Assembly (NCBI RefSeq): GCF_963921235.1
Contig: NC_086112.1
Coordinates: forward strand, 14,384,001-14,448,000
Source: Mobula hypostoma
Lineage: Eukaryota
DNA length: 64,000 nucleotides
Direction: 5' to 3'
The number at the start of each line of letters is the position of its first letter. Positions within the stretch are counted from its first letter, which is position 1. The position numbers were made by a program, and so were the translations under genes. Positions 52,912 through 64,000 of this stretch are shown one piece after another. The notes beneath the pieces are model-generated. The model did not search any database. It worked only from the letters and a program-made list of their open reading frames with translations, and was not told the origin of the DNA.

Positions 52912-53612
52912 ATACTTAGTGGCCATTTTATTAGGTACACCTGTACCCCTGCTCTTTGAATCAAATAGCCAATCAGTTAATCATGTGGCAGCAATTTAAT
53001 GCATAAAAGCTACAGACATGGTCAACAAGTTCAGTTATTGTTAAGACCAAACATCAGAATGAAGAAGATCTAAGTGACTTAGATTGTGGAATGATTGTTG
53101 GTGCCAGATTGGGTGGTTTGAGTATTTTAGAAACTGCTGATCTCCTGCTTTTTCATGCAAAACAGTCTCTAGAGTTTACAGAGAATGCTGCGAAAAAACA
53201 AAAAAAAAATCCAGTGAGTGGCAGTTTTGTGGGTGAATTCACTTTATTAATGAGGGAGGTCAGAGGAGAATGGCCAGTCTGTTTCAACCTGACAGGAAGG
53301 CGACAGCAACTCAAATGCTGTTTCGTATGGCAGGTGTTGTTCTCTTCACACTTCCCATTAGATTTGTCAAGATGAATTGTGTCCCGGGAGGGGCTGACAC
53401 GAGTCAATCCATTTGGGAGCCAGGGTTGAAATAACGTTCATCTGAACTCGTTGCAACTCAAATAACCAAGTCTTACGGCAGTGGTGTGCAGAAGAATATC
53501 GCTGAATGCACAACACGTTGAACCTTGAAGTGGATGGGCTTTTGCAGTAGAAGATCACAAACATACATTCAGTGGTCACTGCAGGAAATAGCTAATAAAG
53601 TGGCCACTGAGT
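52912..53612 (+). mobile_element. Non-autonomous Tc1-derived element, same family as 11126-11654
   Basis: tacttagtggccattttattagg...ctaataaagtggccactgagta; MIVGARLGGLSILETADLL remnant. Confidence 0.8.
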
Positions 53613-54165
53613 ATAGGTGTTGTGTTTATCCAGACTGGTAGTCTTACACAGTAGTAAGTTGTATCTACCATGCAATTGTATGAAAAACAAGAAGTGAGTA
53701 GTCAAAAGATCTCTGAGCCTTGACTTGCAGAAGGAAACATGCAATGACATTGCTTATCTTTCAAATAAGACTTTAATTTCGGACGAAGTTAAATCTTTTT
53801 TAATTAGTTCTACCTCACTTTTAAACATATGGACCTTTTAAATTTTTTTCTCTTTTTATTTAGCATTGACTTAAATTTTATTCACCACAATTGATACTGT
53901 AATTCATAGTGTTATTTCTATGTTGTTTTAAATATTCTCATATTACATCCCTTTTTTATTAAAGAGGAATATGTTGTTGCCACAAAGCTTTTCAATGGTT
54001 TGAGTAAGAGTTCACGCTCAAAAGGGTTGGGATCACTGTCCTAATGCATAACTGCTTCTAAGTCCAACTTTTTGTCATGTATATTATTATAAAACACTGC
54101 AGGTTTCTTTATAAACATGTTACAAAAATATTCCTCTGATGGTTTTCTGATCCCTCCTGCTGCAG

Positions 54166-54249
54166 GGTGAACTTGCGGTTCACAAGAAGAAAATTGAAGA
54201 GGTTGATAGTTGGCTGAAGGCCCATACATCAGAGAGATGCCATCGGCAA
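54166..54249 (+). CDS. RAD17: RAD17 coding exon 3 (84 nt)
   Basis: ctgcag|GELAVHKKKIEEVDSWLKAHTSERCHRQ|gtgagt; human HELAVHKKKIEEVETWLKA. Confidence 0.95.
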
Positions 54250-54739
54250 GTGAGTCACATTTCTTATTTTGCTGTCTTTTCTTGTGAGCTTCATTGAGTT
54301 CTTCCATCCCTCTCTGTTGGGAAAAAAAAAAGGCCTGCATGTGTTTTTATGAGTGCATTTTCTGTGCACTTTGTCAGTGGTATACATGATTACCTAAACC
54401 TCTTTGCTTCTGCACACTGGTCACTCCCAGAAATCTCCCTTTTACTGGATGACCTTGTGATTCTTCACCTTGATTGCTAAATGGCATCATTTTGACAGAT
54501 CAGTTATATGCCTTCTCCCATTCATACACCACACTGTGCCTCGTAGTTACACATCACTTGCAAACTTAGATGACCCATTCGTTAATCTGTTGTTGAAAAG
54601 CTGAGGATTCTGATGGGCACCTCCTGCCCATTGGGGATCTAGCCCTTTATTCCATCTCTCTGACACTCATCTTCCAGCCCATTAAAGACGCACGTCATTA
54701 TTCTCATATATTCTTATGACAGTGAATCTGGAACTTGGA

Positions 54740-57410
54740 ATGCTAAAGCACAGTACAGTCCCTACGATGATGTGCCAACCTTTTCAATCTACTCTAAGAT
54801 CAGCTTAGCCCTTCCTTTCCACATAAACCTCCATTTTTATTTCATTCATGTGCCTATCTAAGAGTTTCTTAAATTTCTCTAATTTATCTGCTTCTACCAG
54901 CACCCTGGCAGTTCCACTGACCCACCGTATTTTTTAAAAAAAGCTTACCTCTGACACCCGCCTATATTTTGCTACAATCACCTTAAATTATGTTCCTTAG
55001 TATTAACCATTTCCACAATGTAAAAATGTCTCTGACTGTGCACCTTATCTATGCCTAATCATCATGAACACCTCTAACAAATAACCTCTCACCCTCCTTT
55101 GCTCCAAAGAAAATAGTCCTAGCTCACTCAACCATTTCTCATAAGGTATGTTCTGGTAAATCACAAGATAACTTAGCAAATCTCTTCTGCATCCTCTATA
55201 AAGCTTCCACATCCTTCCTATAGTGAGGTGACCTGGACTAATCACCATACTCCAAGCGAGAAAATAGAATATAACAGCTCAGAAACAAGCCCTTCAGCCC
55301 ACAATGTTGTGCTGAACCAATTCAATTAAACTGATCCCATCTGCCTCGACAATGTCTGTATCCTGCCATTTCCTCACAGTCGTGTACCTATCTAAACACC
55401 TCTTAAAAAGTTTCTAATGTATCTGCTATTACCAGTACCCCAGGCAGCACATTCCAGGCACACACCACTTTGTAAAAAAAAAACTTGCCCTTTACATCTT
55501 CTTTGAAATGATCCCTTCTCACCTTAAATGCCTGCCCTCTGGTATTAGACATTACAATACTGGGAAAAAAAGATATTGTCTGTCTACTCTATGCCTCCCA
55601 TAATCTTGGTAAGCTCCTTTTTCACCCTCTCCAAAGCTTTGGCATCCTTCCTATAATGGGGTGACCAGAACTGACTGCAGTACTTCAGATGCAGCCTAAC
55701 TAGAGTTTTATAAATCTGCAACATACAGTAACTCCCTGACTTTTGAACTCAGTGCCTGGACTAATAAAAGCAAGTATGTCATGTGCCTTCTTAACCACCC
55801 TATCAACTTGTGTAGACACTTTCAGGGAGCTATGAACTTGGACCCCAAGATCCCGTTGCACATCCACACTGTCTTGCCCTAAACAGTGTACTGTTTCTTT
55901 ATATTTGACCTATTCCAAGGTGTAACACTTCAGATTTGGCTGGATTAAACTTTGTCTGCCATTTCTCTGACCATATTTGCAACTGATCTATATCGCACTA
56001 TATTCTTTGCCAGTCTTCTATGCTATCCACAACACCACCAATCTTTGTATCATCTGCAAACTTACTAACCCACCCATCTACATTTTCATCCGGATCATTT
56101 ATATACATCACGAACAGCAGAGGTCCCAGTCAGATCCCCCCAGAACACCACTAATCTCAAACCTCCAACTAGAAAAAAGTCTTCTTGACCACTACCTTCA
56201 AATTTCTAAGAGAAAACCAGTTCTGAATCCAAACAGCCAATTCACCATAGATCCCATACATCTTAATCTTCTGGATGAGCCTCCCTTGAGGGATCTTGTG
56301 AACCACCTTACTAAAGTCCCTGTAGTTAATGTCCACAGCTGTACCTTCATCAATCACCCTCATCACCTTGTCAAAAAAACTCTATCAAATTAGTAAGCCG
56401 CGACTTGCCCCATACAAAGCCACGCTGGCTCTCCCTAATTAGGCCATGGTTTTCCAAATGCTCATAAATCCTATCCCTAAGAATTCTGTCCAGTAGCTTC
56501 TCTTATCACTGACGTGAGACTCGCTGGTCTAGGGCTTGCAGGATTATCACTTGTTGAATAATGCAACATTCACTTGTCACCAATCCTCCGCAACCTCGCC
56601 TGTAGTAAGAGACGACACAAAGTTATTGGTAAAGGGCCCAGCAATCTTTTCACTTGTTCTCGTTTAATAAATTGGGTATATCCCATCAGGCCCCAGGGAC
56701 TTATCTATCTTAATGCTCTTTCAAAGACCCAACACTACCTCCTCCTTTACCTCAACATGCCCTATCCTGTATCCTGCATGTCCTTTTCCTTGGTAAATGC
56801 TGATGTGAAGTACTCATTAAAACATGCCCACATCCTCCACATTCAACCAAACATTCCCCTTTATCCTTGAGTGTTCCTACCCTCTCCCTAGTTCAGTGGT
56901 CCTACACTCTTGCTTCTGATGTTTGTATAGAATCTGTTTAATCTTACTTACCAAGGATTTTTAATGCCCCTTCCTGGCTTTCCTAGTTACCTTCTTTAAT
57001 ACTGTTCTGGCTTATCAAAAATAATCAAGGGCTTTGATTCTAGTTTTCTAAGATTTACGTACTTTCATTTTTCTCCTTGGCTAATTCATCACCTCTCTTT
57101 TGCTATCCACAGTTCTCTACCTTGCCATCCTTGTCTTTCCTCCTGACTGGAACCTACCTGTCCTGTGCTCTGTATTGCACCCTCCACATGTTGGATATGG
57201 ACTTCCCCAAAAACAGCTGTTCCCAGTTAACTCTCCCTAGTATCTGCCGAAAGCTCTTGTAGTTTGCTCTGCTCCAATTTAATACTCTCCTCCAAGGTCC
57301 ATACTTATCCTTATCTATAACTGTCCTGAAAATCGAGGAGTTATGGTCACTTCCCTCACTGTCCACCCACTGAATGGCTGGTCATGTGGCCAGGCTCATT
57401 ACAGTACAGA
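54740..57410 (-). mobile_element. Degenerate CR1 LINE pieces (two 3' ends plus an RT/endonuclease remnant)
   Basis: DEGTAVDINYRDFSK, GSDHNS and LFSLEQRRVRG remnants. Confidence 0.85.
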
Positions 57411-59385
57411 TATTTGGTCCATGCTGGTTTTCAGGGAATTTCCATGGGCTCCCCATTGGCCCCTGTTCTCACCCTCCCCCCCACCATTTCTTGTCACCCT
57501 TTCTCTCTGATGTGCACATTAACGTTCCAACTCGTCCGTTCTCCTGCTGCCTTTTAACATAAATAGTGATTTTCTATAAACCTACCTGAATGTCTTCGAG
57601 ATGTGGGAGGAGACGGGACCATCTGGTAGAAACCAATACCAATTTGGGCGATGTATGAACTCCCATGGCCTGTCTCTGAGGACAGGGTCAAGGCCCCAGC
57701 AACAACACTAATTGTTCTGCCCCTCACCACCACCTTCCATTAGGTTGTGTCCAGTTGTATGCATGATTCATTTTGCTAACATCTTTCATGCTAAGCCTTT
57801 TCCAGGTGTTTTCTGAGTATCTCCTTGGACAACATCCTATCAATTCCCAAATTATCCTTCAAATCTATTAATATTACAAACATCAACCGGATTATTAAAA
57901 AAAAGATTATATAATGATTAGCTTTATTTGTCACATGTACATCAAAACATATATCACTTAGGTCACATAGCTGAAATCAGTTCTGTTAGTATATTTTAAA
58001 TGTTCTCTTTGCTGAAATTATTGACTTAAACTCTGCATTTAAATGCTGCAAATCACATGGTTAATCCGGTGTGCAGCAGGTACGTTTGTAAAGTACATTT
58101 CCCTTCAAAAGTTTCTACCGATATTTTTTTCTGGCTCCAACTATCCTTGCTCCATTCTGTTGCAAACCAAATTCCAATTATTATTGAGATTTGTAAAGAA
58201 TTCGTTTTATTTCGGGATACAGCACTATAACCAGCCATTCTGGCCCAGTGAGCCTGTGCCAACCAATTGCACCCATCTGACTGATCTGTACATGTTTGGA
58301 ATATGGGAGGAAACTGGAGCACCTGGAGGAAACCTGCATGGGAGAATGTACAAACTCCTCAGAGACAGCGGTGGAATTGAACCTGGGTCGCTGGCGTTAT
58401 CAAACTTGTATAGATGTGTAGTGAGACTATATTGACTGACTACATCACAGTATGGCATGGAAACACCAATGCCCTTGAACGGAAAATCCTGCAATAATTA
58501 GTGGATTCAGCCCAGTCCATCACTGGTAGAGCCCTCCCAACCATTGAGCACATCTATATAAAATGCAGCATCCATCATCAGGGACCCCCACCTCCCAGCG
58601 CATGCTCTCTTCTCGCTGCTGCCATCAGGAAGGTGGTATAGGAACCTCAGGATCACACCACCAGGTTCAGGAGCAGTTTTTACCCCTCATACATCAGGCT
58701 CTTGAACCAAAGGGGATAACCTCATTGATATGTTCCCACAAGCAATGGACTCACTTTCAAGGACACTTTATCTCATGTTCACAATGTTCATTGCTTATTT
58801 ATTTATTATTATTATTATTTCTTCCTTTTGTATTTGCACAGTTTGTTGTCTTCCGCAATCTGTTTGCACATCCAAGTTGGGTGGTATTTCATTTATTCTT
58901 TTATGGTTATTATTCTATAGATTTATTGATTATGCCCACAAAATGAATCTCAGGGTTGTATATGGTGACATAAGTATACTTGGATAATAAAATGTAATTT
59001 GAACTTTTAATAGTGTTGAGCTAACCACGATGCCACCACATTTTATTCTTTTAAAAGCCGTATTTTACCTTCCCATTAGGTCACATTAGTTTTCAATATT
59101 CTTGTTATTACATCACAGTTTATTCTTTTAAAAACTGTATTTATCAAAAAAGAATCCCTTTTGTCAGGTTTGTTCTTTCTTAAAAGCAGGGCAAGGAAAC
59201 CAATTGTAGACTCCTTGCCCCTGTCCTGGCCAGTACTGGGTGGTGGAAGGTATAATGTAACACATTGAACTTGGAGCAGTCCTCCTCATGGTATTGCATT
59301 GTTTTAAAATTTTGTAACAATTGTGGGATTGTAAATGTTGGTGTAAAATGAACCGTAACTGACTCTGTTTAAATGTTGTGTGAAG

Positions 59386-59548
59386 GATGGCTCCATCCTG
59401 CTGTTAACAGGTGGCTCAGGCACTGGCAAGACGGCTACCATACACGTCCTTGTGAAGGAGCTGAGCATTCAGCTACAGGAATGGATAAACCCATTATCGC
59501 AAGAGAAATTTAAAGCTTGGGATGAATTCGAACACCACTATAACACTG
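59386..59548 (+). CDS. RAD17: RAD17 coding exon 4 (163 nt, Walker A)
   Basis: gtgaag|DGSILLLTGGSGTGKTATIHVLVKELSIQLQEWINP...HYNT(G)|gtaaga. Confidence 0.93.
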
Positions 59549-60770
59549 GTAAGAGCACATTTCAGAAATGTGAACCCTGTTGTGGATATCATTAATGCAG
59601 TCCCTGCCACAACTGTACAGATGCTGGTATTTTATCCACATCTGTCTTGTTGGCCAGTGGTAGCCACAATGGATGTATGCTGTAAATCTGATGGATGGGT
59701 GGAAGATGTTAAAGTATGTTCTAGGTTAAGGAATTTTTAAAATCTCCATAATGAAGTGTGTAATTCCAAAAACATTTTGTCACTGCATTGGTTCTCTCCT
59801 CCTCTAATTTGCTACTTGTCTATTTAACAAACACACACATTTTCCACTGGCTTTTAAGCTCAGTGTGTTAATGCATTAATGTTGTTAAGTCAGTAACAGT
59901 CCTTAATGTGCTCTTCTCATTCAAATGGAAGCCATAAACATTTCATATGCTTAAGGAATTAAAACAAGCCTCATTCTATTTCCCCTCTTTTTAAGTAAGA
60001 ATTGGCTGTGATTGTGCTCTTTGTGCTCTGGGAATATGCTGAAGATAAGTAATAATTATCATTGGAAACTTCAGTTCCAAATAACAATGTTTGGGCAAAT
60101 ATATTTGTACTGGTTACACTGGTGTTTGCAGAGACCATTTTGTTTTTTTCAATTTTGTCTAGAGGGTAAGTGTTAAGAGTGGGTAGGGGAGGAAGGCAGG
60201 CAGATTTCTATTGGTTCAAAGGAGGCGACATAATTTCTTGGTGATTGGAGGAAAGCATAGGGAGCATGTCAGAGATGGGTTTATTACATAGAGAGTGGTG
60301 GATGCATGGAGTGCCCTGCTGGGGTGGTGGTAGAGGCAGATATATTACAGGCATTGAAGAGGGACTTAGATAGACATATGGACTATAGAAAAAAGGGGGG
60401 CTATGCAGAAGGGAAGTGTTAGATTGATTCTGGGGTAGGTTAAAAGTGTGGCACAATATCATGGGCTAAAGGGCTATAACGTTCCATGTTCTATTTTAAT
60501 GTTGTTTTAACTTGCACACAAACATGTTTGTCAGCTGCATTACCTACTTTTCACTTCATCCAACTAACAAGCTGGTTCAGATCTCAGTGTTGAAAGTGAG
60601 CCAGTAATATTGATATCCAATGATTAATGCTTGCTGCTGATCCCCCACCCAGCATAAAAATTTCAGAAATCAAAGATTGCATATGGATTGATTGTACGCT
60701 TTAGAATTTCTCTATTTTATTTTTGAATAAAATCTGAACTTCCTCTAATCTGTTCTTTAATTTATTTCAG

Positions 60771-60907
60771 GCTCCAGTTTCCAAGCGTACATGGGCAAGC
60801 CACAAGCTGTCCAGTTTGAAGAATTTTTGCTGCGAGCCAGCAAATATAAAAAGCTCCAGATGGTGGGAGACGTTCTGCATTTGGACAAGAAACTGATTCT
60901 TGTTGAG
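60771..60907 (+). CDS. RAD17: RAD17 coding exon 5 (137 nt; KYxxL motif, start of Walker B)
   Basis: tttcag|(G)SSFQAYMGKPQAVQFEEFLLRASKYKKLQMVGDVLHLDKKLILVE|gtgagt. Confidence 0.95.
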
Positions 60908-61225
60908 GTGAGTACAATCTTTTTGAGCTCTTTAATTGGTTCCTTGCAAGAAAACAAACCCTTGGAGCAGTTCACACATGAGATTAAACAGTAGGTTGTG
61001 TGTTCAGAAAAGTTTGGGCATTTTTGTTTTATTTCTCAGTAAAAGGCCTTTGAAGTACTAATGACTTTTGTAATTGATTCTTTTAAAGTTAAAATGAATT
61101 TTCTTCATAATATTGAAATCTAAAATAATATTGAAATTTTCAGATATCACAATGTACATGAGAGCTTTCTGTACTTTTAGCTAAAACTGTACATGTTGTC
61201 CAATGATAATTCTTCTTCTTCACAG

Positions 61226-61278
61226 GATATCCCTAATCAGTTTTATAGAGAACCCTCTTGTTTGCATGATATCTTACG
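61226..61278 (+). CDS. RAD17: RAD17 coding exon 6 (53 nt); gene continues beyond the window end
   Basis: cttcacag|DIPNQFYREPSCLHDIL(R)|gtaagt; human DLPNQFYRDSHTLHEVLR. Confidence 0.94.
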
Positions 61279-63249
61279 GTAAGTTTCCTCAGATTTTTAT
61301 TCAAACTGAAACGAAATGTCATTTATACAATAAGTTATTTCACTGACTGCTTCTGATGAGCCATTTATAAAATTATTGAATGACTAAATGGCCTATATTT
61401 TACTTTCTTCAGCCTCCCTCCCTTCTTAAAGAATGGAGTGACATTTGCAGTTTTCCAGAACCATTCCAGAATCTAGTGATTTTTGAAAGGTCATTACTAA
61501 TGCCTCCACAATCTCTTCAGCTACCTCTTTCAGAATGCTGGGTGTAGTCCATCTGGTCCAGGTGACCTATCTCACTTCAGTCCTTTCATCTTCCCAGGCA
61601 ACTTCTCCTTAGTAATAGCAACTGCATTCACTTCTGTCCCCTGACACTCTTGAAGTTCTGGCGTACTAGCAGTGTCTTCTACAGTGAAGGTTGACGCAAG
61701 ATACTTATTAAGTCATTTGTCTTTTTTTTGCCCCCCGTTACTACCTTTCCAGTGTCATGTTTCTGCAGCTGATCTCTCATCTCTCTTTATATATCTGAAA
61801 AAAAAAACTTTTTGAATCCTCATTTATATATTGGCTAGCTTACCTTCATATTTCATCTTTTCTCTCATTGCTTTTTTTTAAGTTGCATTCTGTTGGTTTT
61901 TAAAAGCTTCCAAATCCTCTAGCTTCCCACTAATTTTTGCAATATTCTATGTCTTCTCTTTTGCTGTCATGTCGGCCATGGTTACATCTCATCCTCCCTT
62001 TAGAATACTTCTTCATCTTTGGGATGTATCTGTCCTGCACCTTCCAAATTGCTCCCAGAAACTCCAGGCAGTGGAGTTATCATCCCTGCTAATGTCCTCT
62101 TCCAATCAACTTTGGCCAGATCCACTCTCGTGCCTCTGTCATTCCATTTAATCCGCTATAATACTGATACATCTAACTTTACCTTCTCCCTCTCAAACTG
62201 CAGTGGGCATTCTATCATGTTATGATCACTGCCTCCTAAGGATTCCTTACCTAAGCTCCCTCATCAAATCTAGTTCATTACATAACACCTGATCAGAATT
62301 GCCTTTCCCCTAGTGGGCCTGATCACAAGCTGTTCTTAAAAAGGCATCTCGTAGGTTACATACAAATTCCCTCTCTTGGGATTCAGCGCTGACCTGATTT
62401 TCCCAGTAGACCTGCATATTGAAATCCCCCCATGACTATCGTAACATTTCCCTTTTTACCTGCGTTTTCTATCTCTCAGAGTATTTGTATCCCATATCCT
62501 GGCTGCTGTTTGAAGGCATGTATTTAACTCCCATCAGGGTTTTTTTTTACCCTTGTAGCTTCTTAACCCTACCCACAAGGATTCTACATTTTCTAGTCCT
62601 ATGTCACTTTTTACCTATAGAGCCACCCCACCCCTTCTGCCTACCTGCCTGTCCTTTCAATACAATGTATATATATCCTTCGATGTTAACCTCCCAACTA
62701 TGATCTACTTTCAACCATGACTCATTGATGCCCACAACATAATTTCTGCCAATCTCTAACTGCACTACAAGATCACCTACCTTATTCTGTATTCTGTGTG
62801 CATTCACTATAACATCTTCAGTCCTACATTCAACACATTTCGATGTTACACTTTAACTGATCTCACTGAATGTAATTTTGCCCTATCACTTGCCTGTCCT
62901 TCCTGACAGTCTCACTATACACTGCATCTATCAACTGTGCCATCCGTAGCACTATCACTCATTTCGTCCCTCCGCAGCAGCTCTAACATACCTCCCTGTG
63001 AGGCTGTTGGTCCCCCTTGGGTACGGGTGTAACACATCAATTTGGACAGTTTATACTTTCCCCAGAAGAGACCCTAATAATCCAGAAATCTGAAACACTG
63101 CCCCCCCTCCACCAATTCCTCAGCCACGCATTCATCCGCCAAATCTTTCTACTCTTACCCTCATTGGCACATGGCACAGACAGCATTCCAGAGATTACTA
63201 CCCAGAGAGGTTCTGCTTTTCAGCTCTCTACCCAGCTCCCTATATTCTC

Positions 63250-63520
63250 TAGGAAGAGGTGCAGTCGACGTTTCAGGCCGAGACCCTTTGTCAGGACTAA
63301 CTGAAGGAAGAGTGAGTAAGGGATCCCTCCCCCTCCTGTCTTCTCCTATCATTTTGGATCTCCCCCTCCCCCTCCAACTTTCAAATCCCTTACTCACTCT
63401 TCCTTCAGTTAGTCCTGACGAAGGGTCTCGGCCTGAAACGTCAACTGCACCTCTTCCTAGAGATGCTGCCTGGCCTGCTGCATTCACCAGCAACTTTTAT
63501 GTGTGTTGCTTGAATTTCGT
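63250..63520. mobile_element. Penelope-like insertion with inverted duplication and two hammerhead motifs; 13-bp TSD
   Basis: TSD TCCCTATATTCTC at 63237-63249 and 63521-63533; arms about 63248-63323 and 63387-63461 are reverse complements. Confidence 0.85.
63411..63447 (+). ncRNA. Minimal type I hammerhead ribozyme motif (PLE-type)
   Basis: AGUC-CUGACGA-AGGGUCUCGGCCU-GAAA-C-GUC-AACU; intact core and GUC triplet, one stem I mismatch. Confidence 0.65.
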
Positions 63521-64000
63521 TCCCTATATTCTCCCTTCAGGACCTCCTCCCTGTCCTTACTTATGTCGTTGGTATCAATATGTACCACAACTTCTAGATG
63601 TTCGCCCTTCCCGCCCCCAATTACAATACTGTGGACCTGATCTGAGACATTCCTATCCCTGACAATATACCATCATGTCCACAGAATCTCCTGTCTGCTG
63701 CTCTAACTATGAAATGTCCTATCACTACTGCACTCCTCTTTTACTCCCTCCCCTTCCCTTCTAAGCCACAGAACCAGACTCAGTGCCAGACACCCATTCC
63801 TACAGCTTTCCCTGGTAGGTTGTCATCCCCCACCCCAACAGTGTCCAAAGCGGTACACTTATTATGGAGGAGTACGGCCGCAGGGGTGATCTGCAAGGGC
63901 TGCCTTTTACCTTTCACTCTCCATACCGTCACCCAGGTGCCTGCCTCCTGTAACATAGAGTGACTACCTCCCTATAACTTCTGTCTGTCATCTCCTCATT

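Larger units (their letters stand above)
61410..64000 (-). mobile_element. CR1 LINE 5' half: ORF1 esterase-like remnant, endonuclease and start of RT
   Basis: VVVHIDTND...EYRELGRELKSRTS (ORF1 SGNH-like); NAHRIQNK...VVGINESW (APE N-terminus); ends near ANVTPFFKKGGR. Confidence 0.8.

Overview
Eukaryotic, intron-rich, repeat-dense vertebrate DNA. The repeat families (CR1 LINEs, V-domain/HE1-type SINEs, Rex1, Penelope-like ends) point to a cartilaginous fish, probably a ray; this is an inference. The window holds the conserved CCDC125(-) / AK6(-) / RAD17(+) block known from human 5q13.2. It contains four coding exons of CCDC125 (gene continues off the left edge), the complete five-exon 172-aa AK6, and the first six coding exons of RAD17 (continues off the right edge). 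AK6 and RAD17 are head-to-head on a shared promoter. Exons were assembled by eye from GT-AG boundaries, phase continuity and remembered similarity to the human proteins; no database search was run. Most notable observations: (1) AK6 exon 1, with its ATG and splice donor, is tandemly amplified about 6 times in frame; (2) short insertions, several TSD-flanked, carry minimal hammerhead-ribozyme motifs of the Penelope-like type; (3) an internally deleted Rex1-type element has a 5' CpG minisatellite starting at an NRF1-consensus motif; (4) two stop-start-overlapped uORFs lead into the RAD17 start codon; (5) no nested TAF9 CDS is present in AK6. Most long ORFs in the supplied track are transposon remnants or tandem-repeat artefacts.
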